Source of the DNA: Epiperipatus broadwayi
Lineage: Eukaryota; Animalia; Onychophora
Direction of reading: 5' to 3'
NCBI GenBank assembly: GCA_028023455.1
Contig: JAQFVV010000003.1
Span: forward strand, 2,976,001-3,040,000
Length of the DNA stretch: 64,000 nucleotides
In this document: positions 24,800 to 37,175 of the stretch, piece by piece
Numbering within the stretch: the first letter of the stretch is position 1
Layout: every line of letters starts with the position of its first letter
Notes under the pieces: model-generated
Told to the model about the DNA's origin: nothing
The model's database searches: none
The model's input: only the letters and a program-made list of their open reading frames with translations
Made by a program: the position numbers and the translations under genes

Positions 24800-27300
24800 T
24801 GAAAAATTAAGAAAATTGTTGAAATTGGGCATATAAATATACAAAGTGATCTCATCAGAAAAATGATAGGAATTAAGATACAATTAGTAATGAAGAGATT
24901 GAGATCTTAGTTGAAGCAGAGACATATTTAAAGAAAGGATTAATCTTTTTTTTTTTTGCTAAATATATACAGACAAATAGGAAAGAGAATGAAAAATTTA
25001 GGGTAAGCATAAAATGCATGTTAAAGATGTATTATTCAATGTGATGAGCACATGTGGATTGAGATAAAATTAAGAAGTCAGGGATGAATCTAAAATCTCT
25101 GATTATGAAACATGCTCAAGTTGTAATGAAAATTACTACAGAATTTATTAATGTTTGACAATAGATATATAAAATATCAAACAAAAGAGAGGATAAAATA
25201 ATGTTTATAGAGGATATAAATGTAGCCATAACAAAAATTAACAACTGGTAATTAAAATACCTAAATAATAAAATCTTTTTACTAGAAAATGAATATTGAG
25301 AACTTATCAGATATATGTGATTAAAGGTGCATGGTATGCAGAATATCTGATTTAGAAATAACTTGAGTTATATACAAGATTTTATGTCAATAGATAAGAA
25401 GCAAAGAATAAAGTACAAGTAATTAAAATTTTGGAAAAAGAAAAAAAATTAATATATATTTTTTATAATAGAAATGGTTAGAAATATATTGGGAAAGAAT
25501 ACAACATATGACAAAGAGGGGACAGAATATGACTGACAAAAATACATTGGATATATATTGAGTGGCTTTGAGAGAAAATATAGCAGAAAATGTTGGATAG
25601 GATTACAAAAGTTAATATGATATAGAGACAGATATTAACTTACATAACACTGTCCATAGATAGAATGTAATAAAATATTTAGAATTATCAACAGAAAAAA
25701 AGCATGCAGAGAATACAAATACATTACAAAATATAAAGAAAATGAAAGTAAAATTTAAAATTAAATGAAAAACATTTACATAAAAAAAAATGTTGGCTGA
25801 GATATATAATTTTATAAAAACAATGAAACTAAATTTCTGCAAAACATTAATAAAAATGGAAAAGAAGAAAGTAAAAAAAAATTGAAATATATATAAAAAA
25901 TAAGAATATAATGTAAAGAGTAAGTATACTGTTTGAAAATAAAAAAATAAAATTTAGCTGTAGAAAGAATATAGAAGATTTTAAATAGTTATACCATCAA
26001 TATGAAAAAAAAAACTTAATGTACAAAGGAAAATGAGGTAGGGTTTATAAAATCATATAATTATAAAAAATATTAAATTTACAAATAATTTTTTTTTTTT
26101 TGGAGCAATAAAAAAATAATAATTCAAAAATAGAAAGGTGAGAGACATACATGTGAGAAAGCAGAGATGTTGGTGAATTTGGAAATAGAAATAAAAGTTT
26201 TATTGTGAGAAAGAAGTTCCAGATAAAATAATATAAGAGTGAAATTATTTAAATATAAAAAACAAAGAACATAAGAACCTAATTAATTATAGATCATTTA
26301 TGGTAACTTCAACAATCTATGGAATATCTGATTATATGATTGTTGGATATATAATTAAAGGAATAGAAAAAATAAAAAAGGGTAAAGATGCACAGTCTAA
26401 ATCTGACTGCTATATAATAGGTCATGGTTTATTTATAATCACGCAATTGATCAACATAATAAAAAAGTAGATAAATATTTATTTATGACTTTTATAGGTG
26501 CAAAAAACTTATGACAATGTAAACAGATTATAGATAATTCTATCAAGTATGGGATTAAATTGAGCATTAGATCTGATTGTGAAATAATGTAAAAAATAAC
26601 TGCTACATTTATCAATTAGAAAATGTAGTCAAAATTAAGAATAATAAAATCAAATGGAGTTAAAAAATAAGGATGTTTTATGACAGTTATATTTTATATT
26701 TAAGAGCAAGTCAAAACTAGTAACAAATACAATGGAATAGAAAAGTTTTTTTTTTTTTAAAAAAAGTGATAAATAGGACAGCAGTAAAGAAATACACTTA
26801 TTTAAAAATCATTTTGTGAAATGAAATTGATAAATGATTCAAAAGAATAGGGGGAGTGATCAAATAATAGTTTTCAAAAGGATTATATGGGAGTTGCGAT
26901 ATCAGGCTAAATGTATGAATATGATGAATTGTGTTCATAAGAGAATAGTAAATGTCCTTGAAGGAGATAATAAAGATGCTGTTATATAAAAAGAAATGAA
27001 GTAATTCAAGGGAAATAAGATGATCAAGTTTTTACAAGGCAGATGTAAAATCAAGTTGAAAATTGTTTGATAGATTATCCTTTGGGGATAGTAATAGAAT
27101 GACTGAAATAAGTTTTCATTAGATTTAAAAATAAACTCACAATGTAGATAAGAAAGACATATTGATATACTAAGATTGTGAATAAAAATTGTGCCTCAAT
27201 TTATTTGTAGAAAGCAAATGAATGGGATATATTAATTTTTAAGGATTGAGAACAGAGAATAGTTTCACCAAAATAAAACAGGTTGAAGATATATACAAAT
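24800..27300 (+). mobile_element. Very decayed LINE copy (same or related family as 2.8 kb and 57 kb copies)
   Basis: Remnants matching the APE N-terminus (EIGHINIQ; GDxN-like) and RT (ITQL, KxYDxVNR, GLxQGC-like). Purine-rich plus strand like the other copies. Confidence 0.65.
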
Positions 27301-28381
27301 AAGCACATTATCAGGAAATACTAAAAAAGTAATCTACTAAAAAAGTAATCTACTTTTTAAAATGGAATATACTTATAAATGGAATAACTTGTGTGTGTGT
27401 GTGTGTTTGTTTGTTTGTTTTTTTGATCACCAGTGCATGGTTCACTTTTTGCAAATTATAAAAAGAAAATATAAAAAAATATTAGCCATTTATTACTAGA
27501 ATACAGGAATTTAAAAACATTCATTAAAGTTTTATAAGACTTGCTAAATAAATATATGAAGTTAGAAAACACTTTTCTAAGCAGACCCTCTACAGTTTTC
27601 TTGAATGACCATAGCCAATCATATCAATGTGAAAATCATAGCCCATACACAAACTCAGGTGCATATTGTAATATAATTTTTAAATTTCAAAGTCTCAGTC
27701 TTAGTTGCTTGATTATTTTAGTTTACTCAACTGCTTCCAAGACCAGTTCTCTTCACTCCACTATAAGCTTGAGTAATCAAGAACATCAGATATCAAGTAA
27801 TATAATGTTAAAATATCCACTTTCGTAGATTGGTTTCTAATTTTTGTCAGTGAAAGCTTAGCATTCAAAACTAGAACTATTGCATTTATATAATCTAGAC
27901 ATTATCTTTTACTCTTTTATATGATACAGGTTAATAGTATGAAAATCAATATGTGTATATAGTGTAGGCTATAAAATAAGAAATCTTGATGTATAAACTG
28001 ATTATTTCTGATTTTTCAAAATAAAATGTCACCATGGCTAGGCAAATCAATTCTACAGTTTTAAAGAATTATAAAATAATGACTTTTGCTGATATTATGA
28101 TATGAAGTAACACTGTGATTATCAAATGCTATTGCAATATGTGCACTTCCTAGCTTAAATCACCTTGTTGCACACTAAAAAAAACATCACAGGAGGATCA
28201 CACAAACACCTATTAGTTAGTGCCTACACTTTTTATGGAAAGTGTACATGAAATGAATTCCAAGTTGTAAGGGTAGCTTACAATCCTATCGAGACAAGCT
28301 TTTATTTATCCACACCACCAAATCAAACCCATTTAAAACATAAACTTAGCTTATAGGTGGTTGAATATGCACTATCATTTT

Positions 28382-28426
<45 letters not shown>
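28382..28426. repeat. (CA)n(TA)n compound microsatellite
   Basis: Directly visible. Confidence 0.95.
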
Positions 28427-29792
28427 CAACAAATGTTTGCTTTATTAAGTACCAAATTAAACAAATGTCACAATGAACTAATTTCCCTTGTTTAATGAGA
28501 AATAAAAAACCAAGCTAAAAACATCCTTCCTATATACATATACCAACAATGAGTTATTTGTCAATGTGTTGTACATCATGAATAAAGACTTAGACTTAGT
28601 AAATATAATGTGACCTAATGTCAAGCCAATCTCTAGGCAACCAAGTATGAAAGATAAAAGTAGAATTCTATTATGTAATCTTATTTTTTAACTACTATCA
28701 GTATAATACATGCAATAATAGACAGCTATAGCAATGGAAAAGGAAATGGAAATGCTAGTATACTAAACACCAGAAACTAAGTGTGGTATAAGAGCAAACC
28801 CAGTTCATTTCTGTTGTCTTTTGTTATTTTTCAAATGATATAATAACTATACAAAGCCAACCTTTAAAGATCCAATGTTCAAATACAAGGAAAGATGGAT
28901 GACTTGTTCGAACATTCCAGATTATCCATATAATTGCCATGGCACAAAATTATAAGAAATTATAACCGATATTTAAATAGAGAAAAGTTTGATGAATTTG
29001 TGCGATTCAACAAAAGAACTGAACTGACTTTAAATTGAAATTTAAAAATAAAAAACTGTGCTATTATTCGAACATGGAGAAAAAAGAAATAAAACATCAC
29101 CAGCATATATATAAATGATGAAGTAATTTTTTCTTATATAAGCCATTAAATTCCAAATAACAAAAAAAAATCACATTTGTTATGAACTGCTGTGAAATGT
29201 ATTCTGGCTAAATTAACATTGCCATAGGACTGGAGTGCTACAGTCCTACCATAGAAGCATGATGATTTGATCTGCTTGCCTATATGATGCCTAAAGAAAC
29301 ATTAAATGTCTTACAACTGCAGAAAATGGAAAGAACATCATTTCAAACATGTTGCCAAGGAATTCTAATGAATGATGAATGACTTACTGAAGAAAGGATG
29401 ATCCAAAGATATACACTGTATCCATAAAAGACATTATGGCCAAACTCACGGGCATTAACCAAGATGAACTAATGAACATTTTGATTTATTATGTATTATA
29501 TATATATGTTTGTAAAAATTCTAGTTTTATTTTTATCTCCATACTTGGAAGCTTAAATTTGTCTAATAACTTGGAAGAGTCCACTATGATTGAAAGCAAC
29601 AAAGTGAAGGAGGGGAGGGGTAATTATTAAGTTAGACAAGATTTTTTTTTTTATTTTAAATAAAGTTTAGATGAGTTTTCCCTCCATATCATCACCACTA
29701 TGATATGGAATGAGGTAAGATTTTTTTGATACTATTTCATATTAAGAATATACACTATTACAGGACAGGGTTTGTGTTTTATTTGTTCATTG

Positions 29793-29899
29793 CTTTTTTT
29801 TAAGTGTCATAGCATCGGCCAGGACACGAACCCACAACCCGGGCAACTGCCTGCAAGTGCAAGGCAGTCACGCTGACCTCTCAACCATCAATGCAAGAC
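29793..29899 (-). mobile_element. tRNA-Gly-derived SINE
   Basis: GCATTGATGGTTGAGAGGTCAGC...GGGTTCGTGTCCTGGCCGATGC-TATGACAC-poly(A). Perfect 13-bp TSD TATTTGTTCATTG (29780-29792, 29900-29912). Confidence 0.85.
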
Positions 29900-30440
29900 T
29901 ATTTGTTCATTGTTAACTAACAATTATTTATGTTTATTTTTGCAGCATGAATGATTAATCTTCTGGTGCAGATGTTCTTTCCTATCAACCTTAGAGAATT
30001 GTACATAGATGGAACATCAATAAATGGAATTGGATGATGAGGCTATTGTGGATATATTTATGTAATATTATAAATTAGTTAGTCAGGTTGGTGGCCAATT
30101 TAATAAAAGATTTTTTATTTTGCTTTGTAAATAATTAGGTAAGGCTTGGAATAGTGAGTATATTAATCACAGATATGGTAGAAATACATTCTTGATACAT
30201 ACAATTATAATCTTTTTACCATGTTAAAGAATTTTGAATTTATGTTTTGTTATTTAATAAACATTGTTAATTTGATTTAAATTGAACTGGTCTCTAGTTT
30301 ATCAAAATCATTTATATATTCATTCATCAACTTATAAGCAGATATATACACATACACACACATTTCATTCTTATAGAATAATAAAGTAATATCTTTAGAT
30401 GGATCTTTAAATCAATTGGAACCTGAATAGAGGTGCGGTA

Positions 30441-30712
30441 ATTGCTATCTAGTATAAATTTACCCCTGAAGAGCAGATTTCTCCCTGAGTTTGAATACTG
30501 AGCAATAATGGAATCTGAAAGAGGGGTGAGGTATGGATGAACTAGCCCAAATTGTATCTAAATTTAATGTGTAAACTTAGAGCTAGAGATGGATACGATC
30601 ATAGATTAGATACCTCATCACATCATTCACAGCATCCTACCAGAAGACTCTAGGTCAGACCGTAGTGAGATGTGTTTCCCCTCTTCTAGTGGAAAACCTG
30701 GACCACTACAAT
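30441..30712. repeat. ~280-bp interspersed repeat, copy 1 (unclassified)
   Basis: Collinear with 33126-33409 (AATTTACCCCTGAAGAG...CCCTGAGTTTGAATACTGAGCA...ATCACATCATTCA). Partial match near 16447. Confidence 0.8.
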
Positions 30713-33125
30713 CTATTTCATCATTTAACAAAAGACTTTGATGTTAGCAAACTATAACGGCTTTTTGCTCACAATAAAGCAAGTATCAGTCAAAGTGCAA
30801 CACCTATCAATATTTTCTTCTAGATGGTTGCCTTAAAGTAGTTATGAACATGTTTCTTCATTACATAAAAAATAGTATTCTAAAAATTATATTTGTTTCA
30901 TTATAAGTAAATAGTGATTAGATAATTATAAAATTTTTCACAAGAAGTATTTGTATATATATATGGGGAATATATACGTAAAATACCTCAAATGTTTGAT
31001 GCTGATTCCGTGCTTGTGAAAACTCCCGCATTGTGGTCATAACTTCACCAATTAGTTTATGGCTAAAAACAACATTAAATAAAACAAAAGTTATTGCGCA
31101 CACAGACACACACATATATATATATATATAATTATTCATGTTGTAAGAGTAGTTTTACAATCTTATTAAGCTCACTTGTTTATGTACAATATCAAACCAT
31201 AAACTTAAAAAATCTAGTTTTAATTAATAAACAGTAAATATGTTATCATTTTACATTAAAATACCCATATGCACATGTATATAACTTGAATGTTAGATTA
31301 TAACATTTTAATAATAAAAGGCAAATTAAATAAATAGTTATTTTAATGAAAGAAAATATTAAAATAATTAGATCTCAATCATTCATATACATGTATAAAA
31401 TAATTATTAAACTAATTAATATCACTAATCAAGACTCAAAACATAGAGATCACCTAAGGTCAAGTTGTATCTTAGCAAATAAACTTGAAAGAAATAAAAT
31501 TAGAACTCAATTATGCAATTATTAATTATGATGCATTCAACAATAATCGAATACACAATCATGAAATGAAACAGCAATTTAACACATGCTAATTACCGGA
31601 AGTCAATTCCACTATAAAAGCTAAATCAATTAATTTCCAAATTAGTTCCATTTTTTACAAATGAGCTAGTCACTATGCATATTTATTTTGCTATGTTTGA
31701 ATACAATAGTTTGAATGATATTTCTTGTTGATAAACTCTTCGTTAGCAGAAAACTCTAATATCACTCAATTAAAGAGTAAATAAATTACTCTTTAATATC
31801 ACCAATAATAATTTCAAAAGCAAAATTATCTTTAATATAATAATTAGAGAAATTCTTAATGATATTGTTCTAAACTTGAATTTCAAAGAAGATAAATATC
31901 ATCAAACACATTTATATATATAAATAAATTTATTTTAAGATTTTAAGTTATAGAAAATGCATCATGAGTAAAGACACTTTGCCATAGGATCAAATGCTAT
32001 TGTTATAATCTAAAGCGGTGTAACTATTCATTCCTACTGAAATGCCTAATATATATCATCTATATAATTCAATATCCAACTTCACTTTATAGTGAGATAA
32101 TAAATGGAAAGAGATATCAACATCATGTGAGAGAAATGTTTATGAAATCACAGAGTATATTGATTGTCTCACCAATGATTGATGACCAGAAAAAAAAGAA
32201 CTTTATTCTTAATAAACATTGTTATTCAAATTGTGGAAAACAATAGGACAGTATCATAAACTTTAAACACATCATATCATCTTTCTATATCAACATCCAT
32301 AAATATTTAATTTTATTTCATTTGCCTTTAAAATCTACTTACTTTGGAATAATTCATTTTGAAAAATCATTAAATAAAAAGATCATTGGGTTAAATTTTT
32401 TTTATTTAATAAAATTTAGGCCTTCCTTATAGAGTGATTTGATCAGATTAATAATTAAACTTAATATGAAGGTAAGATTTTATTGTTCTTCATATTAAAT
32501 TCATTCTTATGATGAGACAAAATTTTTGTTTATTATTAATTTAATTAATTTAGTAATATTTGTTTGTTTATTATTCAGAATATATGACTAATATTATTGA
32601 ATGAAAGGTTTTTTCTTTCAATGATAGGGACCATACATAGGTGAGAGGTCTTATAAAAAATGGAATTTTTTCAAAAGATTGGATATTATAAAGGTCATTT
32701 ATATTTATATTGTTTAATTTAAATTTAGTTAGCTAGTGTTATCATAACCTTTGGAATTATAAAATTTTATTTATTTTTACAACCTATTAAATATTGTTTG
32801 TGTTATGATGCATACCTACTATAGGATATGGGGAGGTATAATTTTAAAATTTATATACTAATATGTGAGAAATGTATGTAAAACATTCACAATCAAAAAT
32901 TTTGTTATATAAAGATAAATTTAAATTGTTTTCAATTAATAAATATTTTTAAATTTATTTTAAATTTAAGGAGATCTCTAATTTATTTAAATTATTTATT
33001 TTATTTTCATAATAAAATAAAATTGAATTCTATACCCACATATATCTATCATCCTGATTTAACATCATGATAATTTGGTTGGAAGGAATTTTGAGAATCT
33101 ATCGAACTTATATAAAAGTATTATT

Positions 33126-33409
33126 ATTGCTACAGGATATCAATTTACCCCTGAAGAGAGTTAAGTGTAAAATTAGCCCTGAGTTTGAATACTGAGCACA
33201 ATGGAATAATAAAAAGATGAAGATTGTATGAACTGGTCTAAGCTGTATCTGTACTGAATGTTTAAATATTAAATTATCACATTTAAAATAGTACAATCAT
33301 GGATTAGATTTTTATCACATCATTCATGGTATCCTACATGAAGACCCAGATCTGACCATGGGTAGATGCATTCACTCTCATTCCTTAAGGGAATACGGAC
33401 TGTTACAAT
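33126..33409. repeat. ~280-bp interspersed repeat, copy 2
   Basis: Collinear with 30441-30712. Confidence 0.8.
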
Positions 33410-34055
33410 AATAAAGTATATAATGTATATATTATATGTGAGTGCATATATGTGATGCATATCAAAATATTTTTTAAAAATGTTTTCAACAAAAGGAATA
33501 ATGCACATTTTAACTATCACATATATTGTTATATCTTAATTAAGTATATCTTCAAACTATTCATAACTCCTGTATTTTAAATATTTTAAACTTGATTAAC
33601 ATATTAGTACTTTATTAGTGAAGATGATATTTTATATTTCATTTTTATTATCTATTTAATAACAATATGTTAAAAGTATATACACGCAATCATTTATAAA
33701 GAGCAGCAACATGAAGAATAAACCCTAAATGACAATTTTTAACATTTGTTTTTTATATTTAGCATTTACTTCTTGTTCATCTTTAATATCAGCTAATCAC
33801 ACCTCCTATTTTATTCCATCATATTTTACAATGGCTATTCATTCAACCATTGTAAGTGATACTCCCTTTACATCAGACATTAGGCATATATTAACTCGTT
33901 TTATTTTATAGTGTTATCCCTTTACATCTCCATAATGACCATCTAAAGTTTCAGTGGTCTGCATTTAAAAAGGATGATAAATATAAAATTTTACAAAATT
34001 AAATTTGAATTCACAAATTTTGCATTTACCTACTTGTATGAATGGTATTAGGACA

Positions 34056-34137
34056 TCCCTCCCTCCCTCTCCCTCCCCCTCCCTTTCTCTCTCTCTCTCT
34101 CTCTCTTCCTCTCTCTCTCTCTCTTCCTCTCTCTCTC
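34056..34137. repeat. (CCCT)n/(CT)n microsatellite
   Basis: Directly visible; explains spurious ORF 34005-34238. Confidence 0.95.
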
Positions 34138-34427
34138 AATGTATACTGAATTTTATTTTTATAAATGTGTTACTCCAATTTTTATTGTTAGTTATTTTTA
34201 ATAGTATTATAGAATTGTTAAATATGTGTTTTATATAAAGTTTGGTATTATTTAAGATTCAAGCATTCATGAGAAGGCATAAAATCAAATGGATATAAAA
34301 AACGTTTATATTAGCTGTAATTGTTGTAAATACTAATCAAGGAGCATACAGTTTGAAATAACAAAACAGATGAAATTCTAAAAATTTTAATTAGTCTGTA
34401 ACTATTAAATATATAACATCCATAGTT

Positions 34428-34858
34428 ATTCACAGACCAAGAAAATATATTACTAAAATTCACAAGCAGATTCCTAAAGAATCATTTTAATAAACTTGTA
34501 AACAAATAGACAGTTTAGTTGACTTCTGAGCTCTTAAATGATAAATGAATCAAGCAATAATATTTAGCAAATATTAAATTTGCATTAGTGATTTTTGCAA
34601 TTGTTAATCAAATCAACTTACAGTTTCAAACAATAGACAGGATAAAATTTCTAATAATTTTAATAAATCCATAAACAAATCATAATTAATAAATATGTAA
34701 TGTTGGAATATATAAACCTATTCACAAATGAAATAAGTAATATGTTTCTATAGTTCACAGGACAGATCCCAAAAGAATCCAAATCTCTCAGATTAATGAC
34801 ATTTCATTTGTCAGATATTGATCTCAAGTTCTTAAATGGCAAATGAGCCAAGCAATAC
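34428..34858. repeat. Old diverged direct duplication (~135-bp units ~290 bp apart)
   Basis: ATTCACA...CAGATTCCTAAAGAATC...CTCTTAAATGATAAATGAATCAAGCAATA versus ATTCACA...CAGATCCCAAAAGAATC...TTCTTAAATGGCAAATGAGCCAAGCAATA. Confidence 0.55.
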
Positions 34859-34992
34859 TGTGAAATTGTAAAAGTTTATAGTAAATAAATCAGTATTATA
34901 ACTATCATATATTAAAGTTTATCATTTTTAACCCAATTTGTATAATAAAAAAATTTTGTCATATAGTGTTGTGTGTGTATATATATATATAT

Positions 34993-37175
34993 TGTAACGA
35001 GCACAGACGTTCGTTACATTGTTTTTTTTTATATTTATTAAACATGAAAGTAAATCAAAAAGTTCGCATTTAAAAATTTTCTTTAAGAATTAAAAATTGA
35101 AATTAAATATCATCTTAAACTCGTATATATTAAATCGCACAGATAAAAAAAAAAAAATTATTAAAATAAAACTGTATTAAAAATAGAAAAGGTATTTTAA
35201 AAACAAAAACTTAAAAAGATTTAGAGATAAAAATATATCTTTGATTTGGAAAACAGGTTAATTAATCAGAAATGGAAATGATTGTTAATTAGTTAAATGT
35301 AAACCAGCCTTGGGCATTTAAATGTAAAAACAGCGGTCAGATAGGAAAACAATAGAAACTTTTAGCAAATGAAATAAATCCATTGGGAAATCGGACCTCA
35401 ACGAAAAGGATCATCACATCGATGACGTAATGTTAAGTCAATCTTTCAAAGGAATATAAAAGGACAAGTTTGGAAATTATTAGTTAGTGAGTGATCATGA
35501 TTATTACGATGTGACAGATAGGTGTTAGTGCGGAGGTGCGGGAGAAGAGATTGAAGGACGCACGTTCAATCCCTTCAGTTTTGCTAGTAAAGAAAGAGAA
35601 ATGAACTATCGTTTTTCTACATTGAGGACCAGTTAAAACAAAAACCTCCGGATGAATAAATAAAACAACGGCTAAATGGATACCAATCTTAGGACGGCGT
35701 GGGAATTCACGTTCATGGCAAGCAACTGTAAAAGATGAACATTTTAAACCGTAAGAACTTTATAAAAAATGAACATTAAATTAAACTTTCCAAATTTAAA
35801 TGATTGCAATATTATCCTATCTGACCAACTTAATTTATTAATAATGTTATTTGATGTATTTCTTTTTTATATATATTTAAAATCATTTCCATTTATTTAT
35901 TTACTTTTTTGTTCTTTAAGTTTTATTATGATTTCTGTTTTCCGTTAAGGTAAATTATATAAATGTTAAACTTAAGTCGGGCGTGAATGGCTGTATAGAT
36001 TTGTAAAGTTATATTAGGGGAGGGTAATCTTAGGTTATTTGGTTCGTGGTTAAATTGGGTCAATGGATTGGATATATTGGTGTGATTAGTAGATGTAATA
36101 TTGATTCGCTACGGGCAGAATCGCTTCATACGCCGCACACTTCCGTTTGCCTATGGAAGGAATTATAAGTCGGATACCGCAGTTCCTTTCTATGGAGTTT
36201 TTTGTTTTATTGCTCTTCTTTGCAGATAGATGTAATATTCCTATCTCATGAGAAGCAATTTCTTCTCTTAACTTTTTGTGCTGCCGTATTTTATTACATT
36301 GAATACATCGATATATCAGATGAATTGATGCCAGTTTGACTACGAATTTTAACCTAAGGTTAAATAGGGATAGAATGTTTATTTTCAAAAGCAAATTTAT
36401 GTGGTCTATTCATGCTCGACCCTAAATAGAAATGCATTAAATTTAAGTTGTTTATAGACGCTTGCATGGATTGTTTATTGGTTAACTATGTTTGCGTTTC
36501 CATATTTGATCAAAATATATAGACATTCGATAAATAATGATACCTTACGGTGAGTATCAAAAATGTATTTATTCGGATGTCTTTTAAGTTATTGGTGACA
36601 ATGCAAGTATCTTATGGTGAATACTATTGGGTTACGTATAAATTTCCCTCCGCAATTGTCAGTAATCAATAATTTTGTATTTTGATCGTTTATGTTTACT
36701 TTGAAATGTTTTTGACCGTGAAATCTATGTAACCGATCTATATTCAACATTATAAACAAGCTTTCCTAAATTTATCTGTGCGAACTTAATTAAAATGTAA
36801 AATTAGAATCTAATAGTAATTAAATGTAAATTAAAGTCAAAAATCAAAGTTAAAAATAATGTTAAATGTTAAAATGTAAACTAATACTAAAATAATTTTA
36901 AATCTTATATATATGTGCATAAATAAATGTTTGTATGTTAATTACTGGCAGTGGCTTAGTTTATTACTCTTAGATATATATTCTTAGATTATATTATTTA
37001 ATCTCTGCTATTCCACTGAGCTAGTGACATGGGCTAACGACCGGATGCAAAAAAAAAAAAAAAATTTTTTTTTTGACTTACGTATCTGCCTACTTTATAA
37101 ATTTTTCTAGGTTCAAATGCCTAGATGGCGCCCTGTAGTATAGTTTACGTTAAGTACCTGTTCCGGATCGTTACA
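34993..37175. mobile_element. Young 2183-bp TG...CA element (long solo LTR or non-autonomous element) in a (TA)n tract
   Basis: Termini TGTAACGA...TCGTTACA (8-bp inverted), ATAT on both sides. Many intact CpGs compared with flanks. No recognisable coding domain. Confidence 0.75.
37118..37131 (+). promoter_or_regulatory. CTCF-like motif
   Basis: TGCCTAGATGGCGC matches the core of the CTCF consensus (..YAGRKGGCRS). Confidence 0.35.

Noticed and set aside
29384-29420. CTGAAGA...GGA-TGA-TCC hammerhead-like core
   Set aside because: No GAAA, cleavage triplet or stem I.
29178-29480. TG...CA bounded segment, possible solo LTR
   Set aside because: Only 4-bp inverted ends and no TSD.
30918-31139. 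ORF with GEVMTTMREFSQARN, vaguely like a PLE N-terminus
   Set aside because: It starts in a (TA)/(CA) microsatellite and no flanking PLE sequence supports it.
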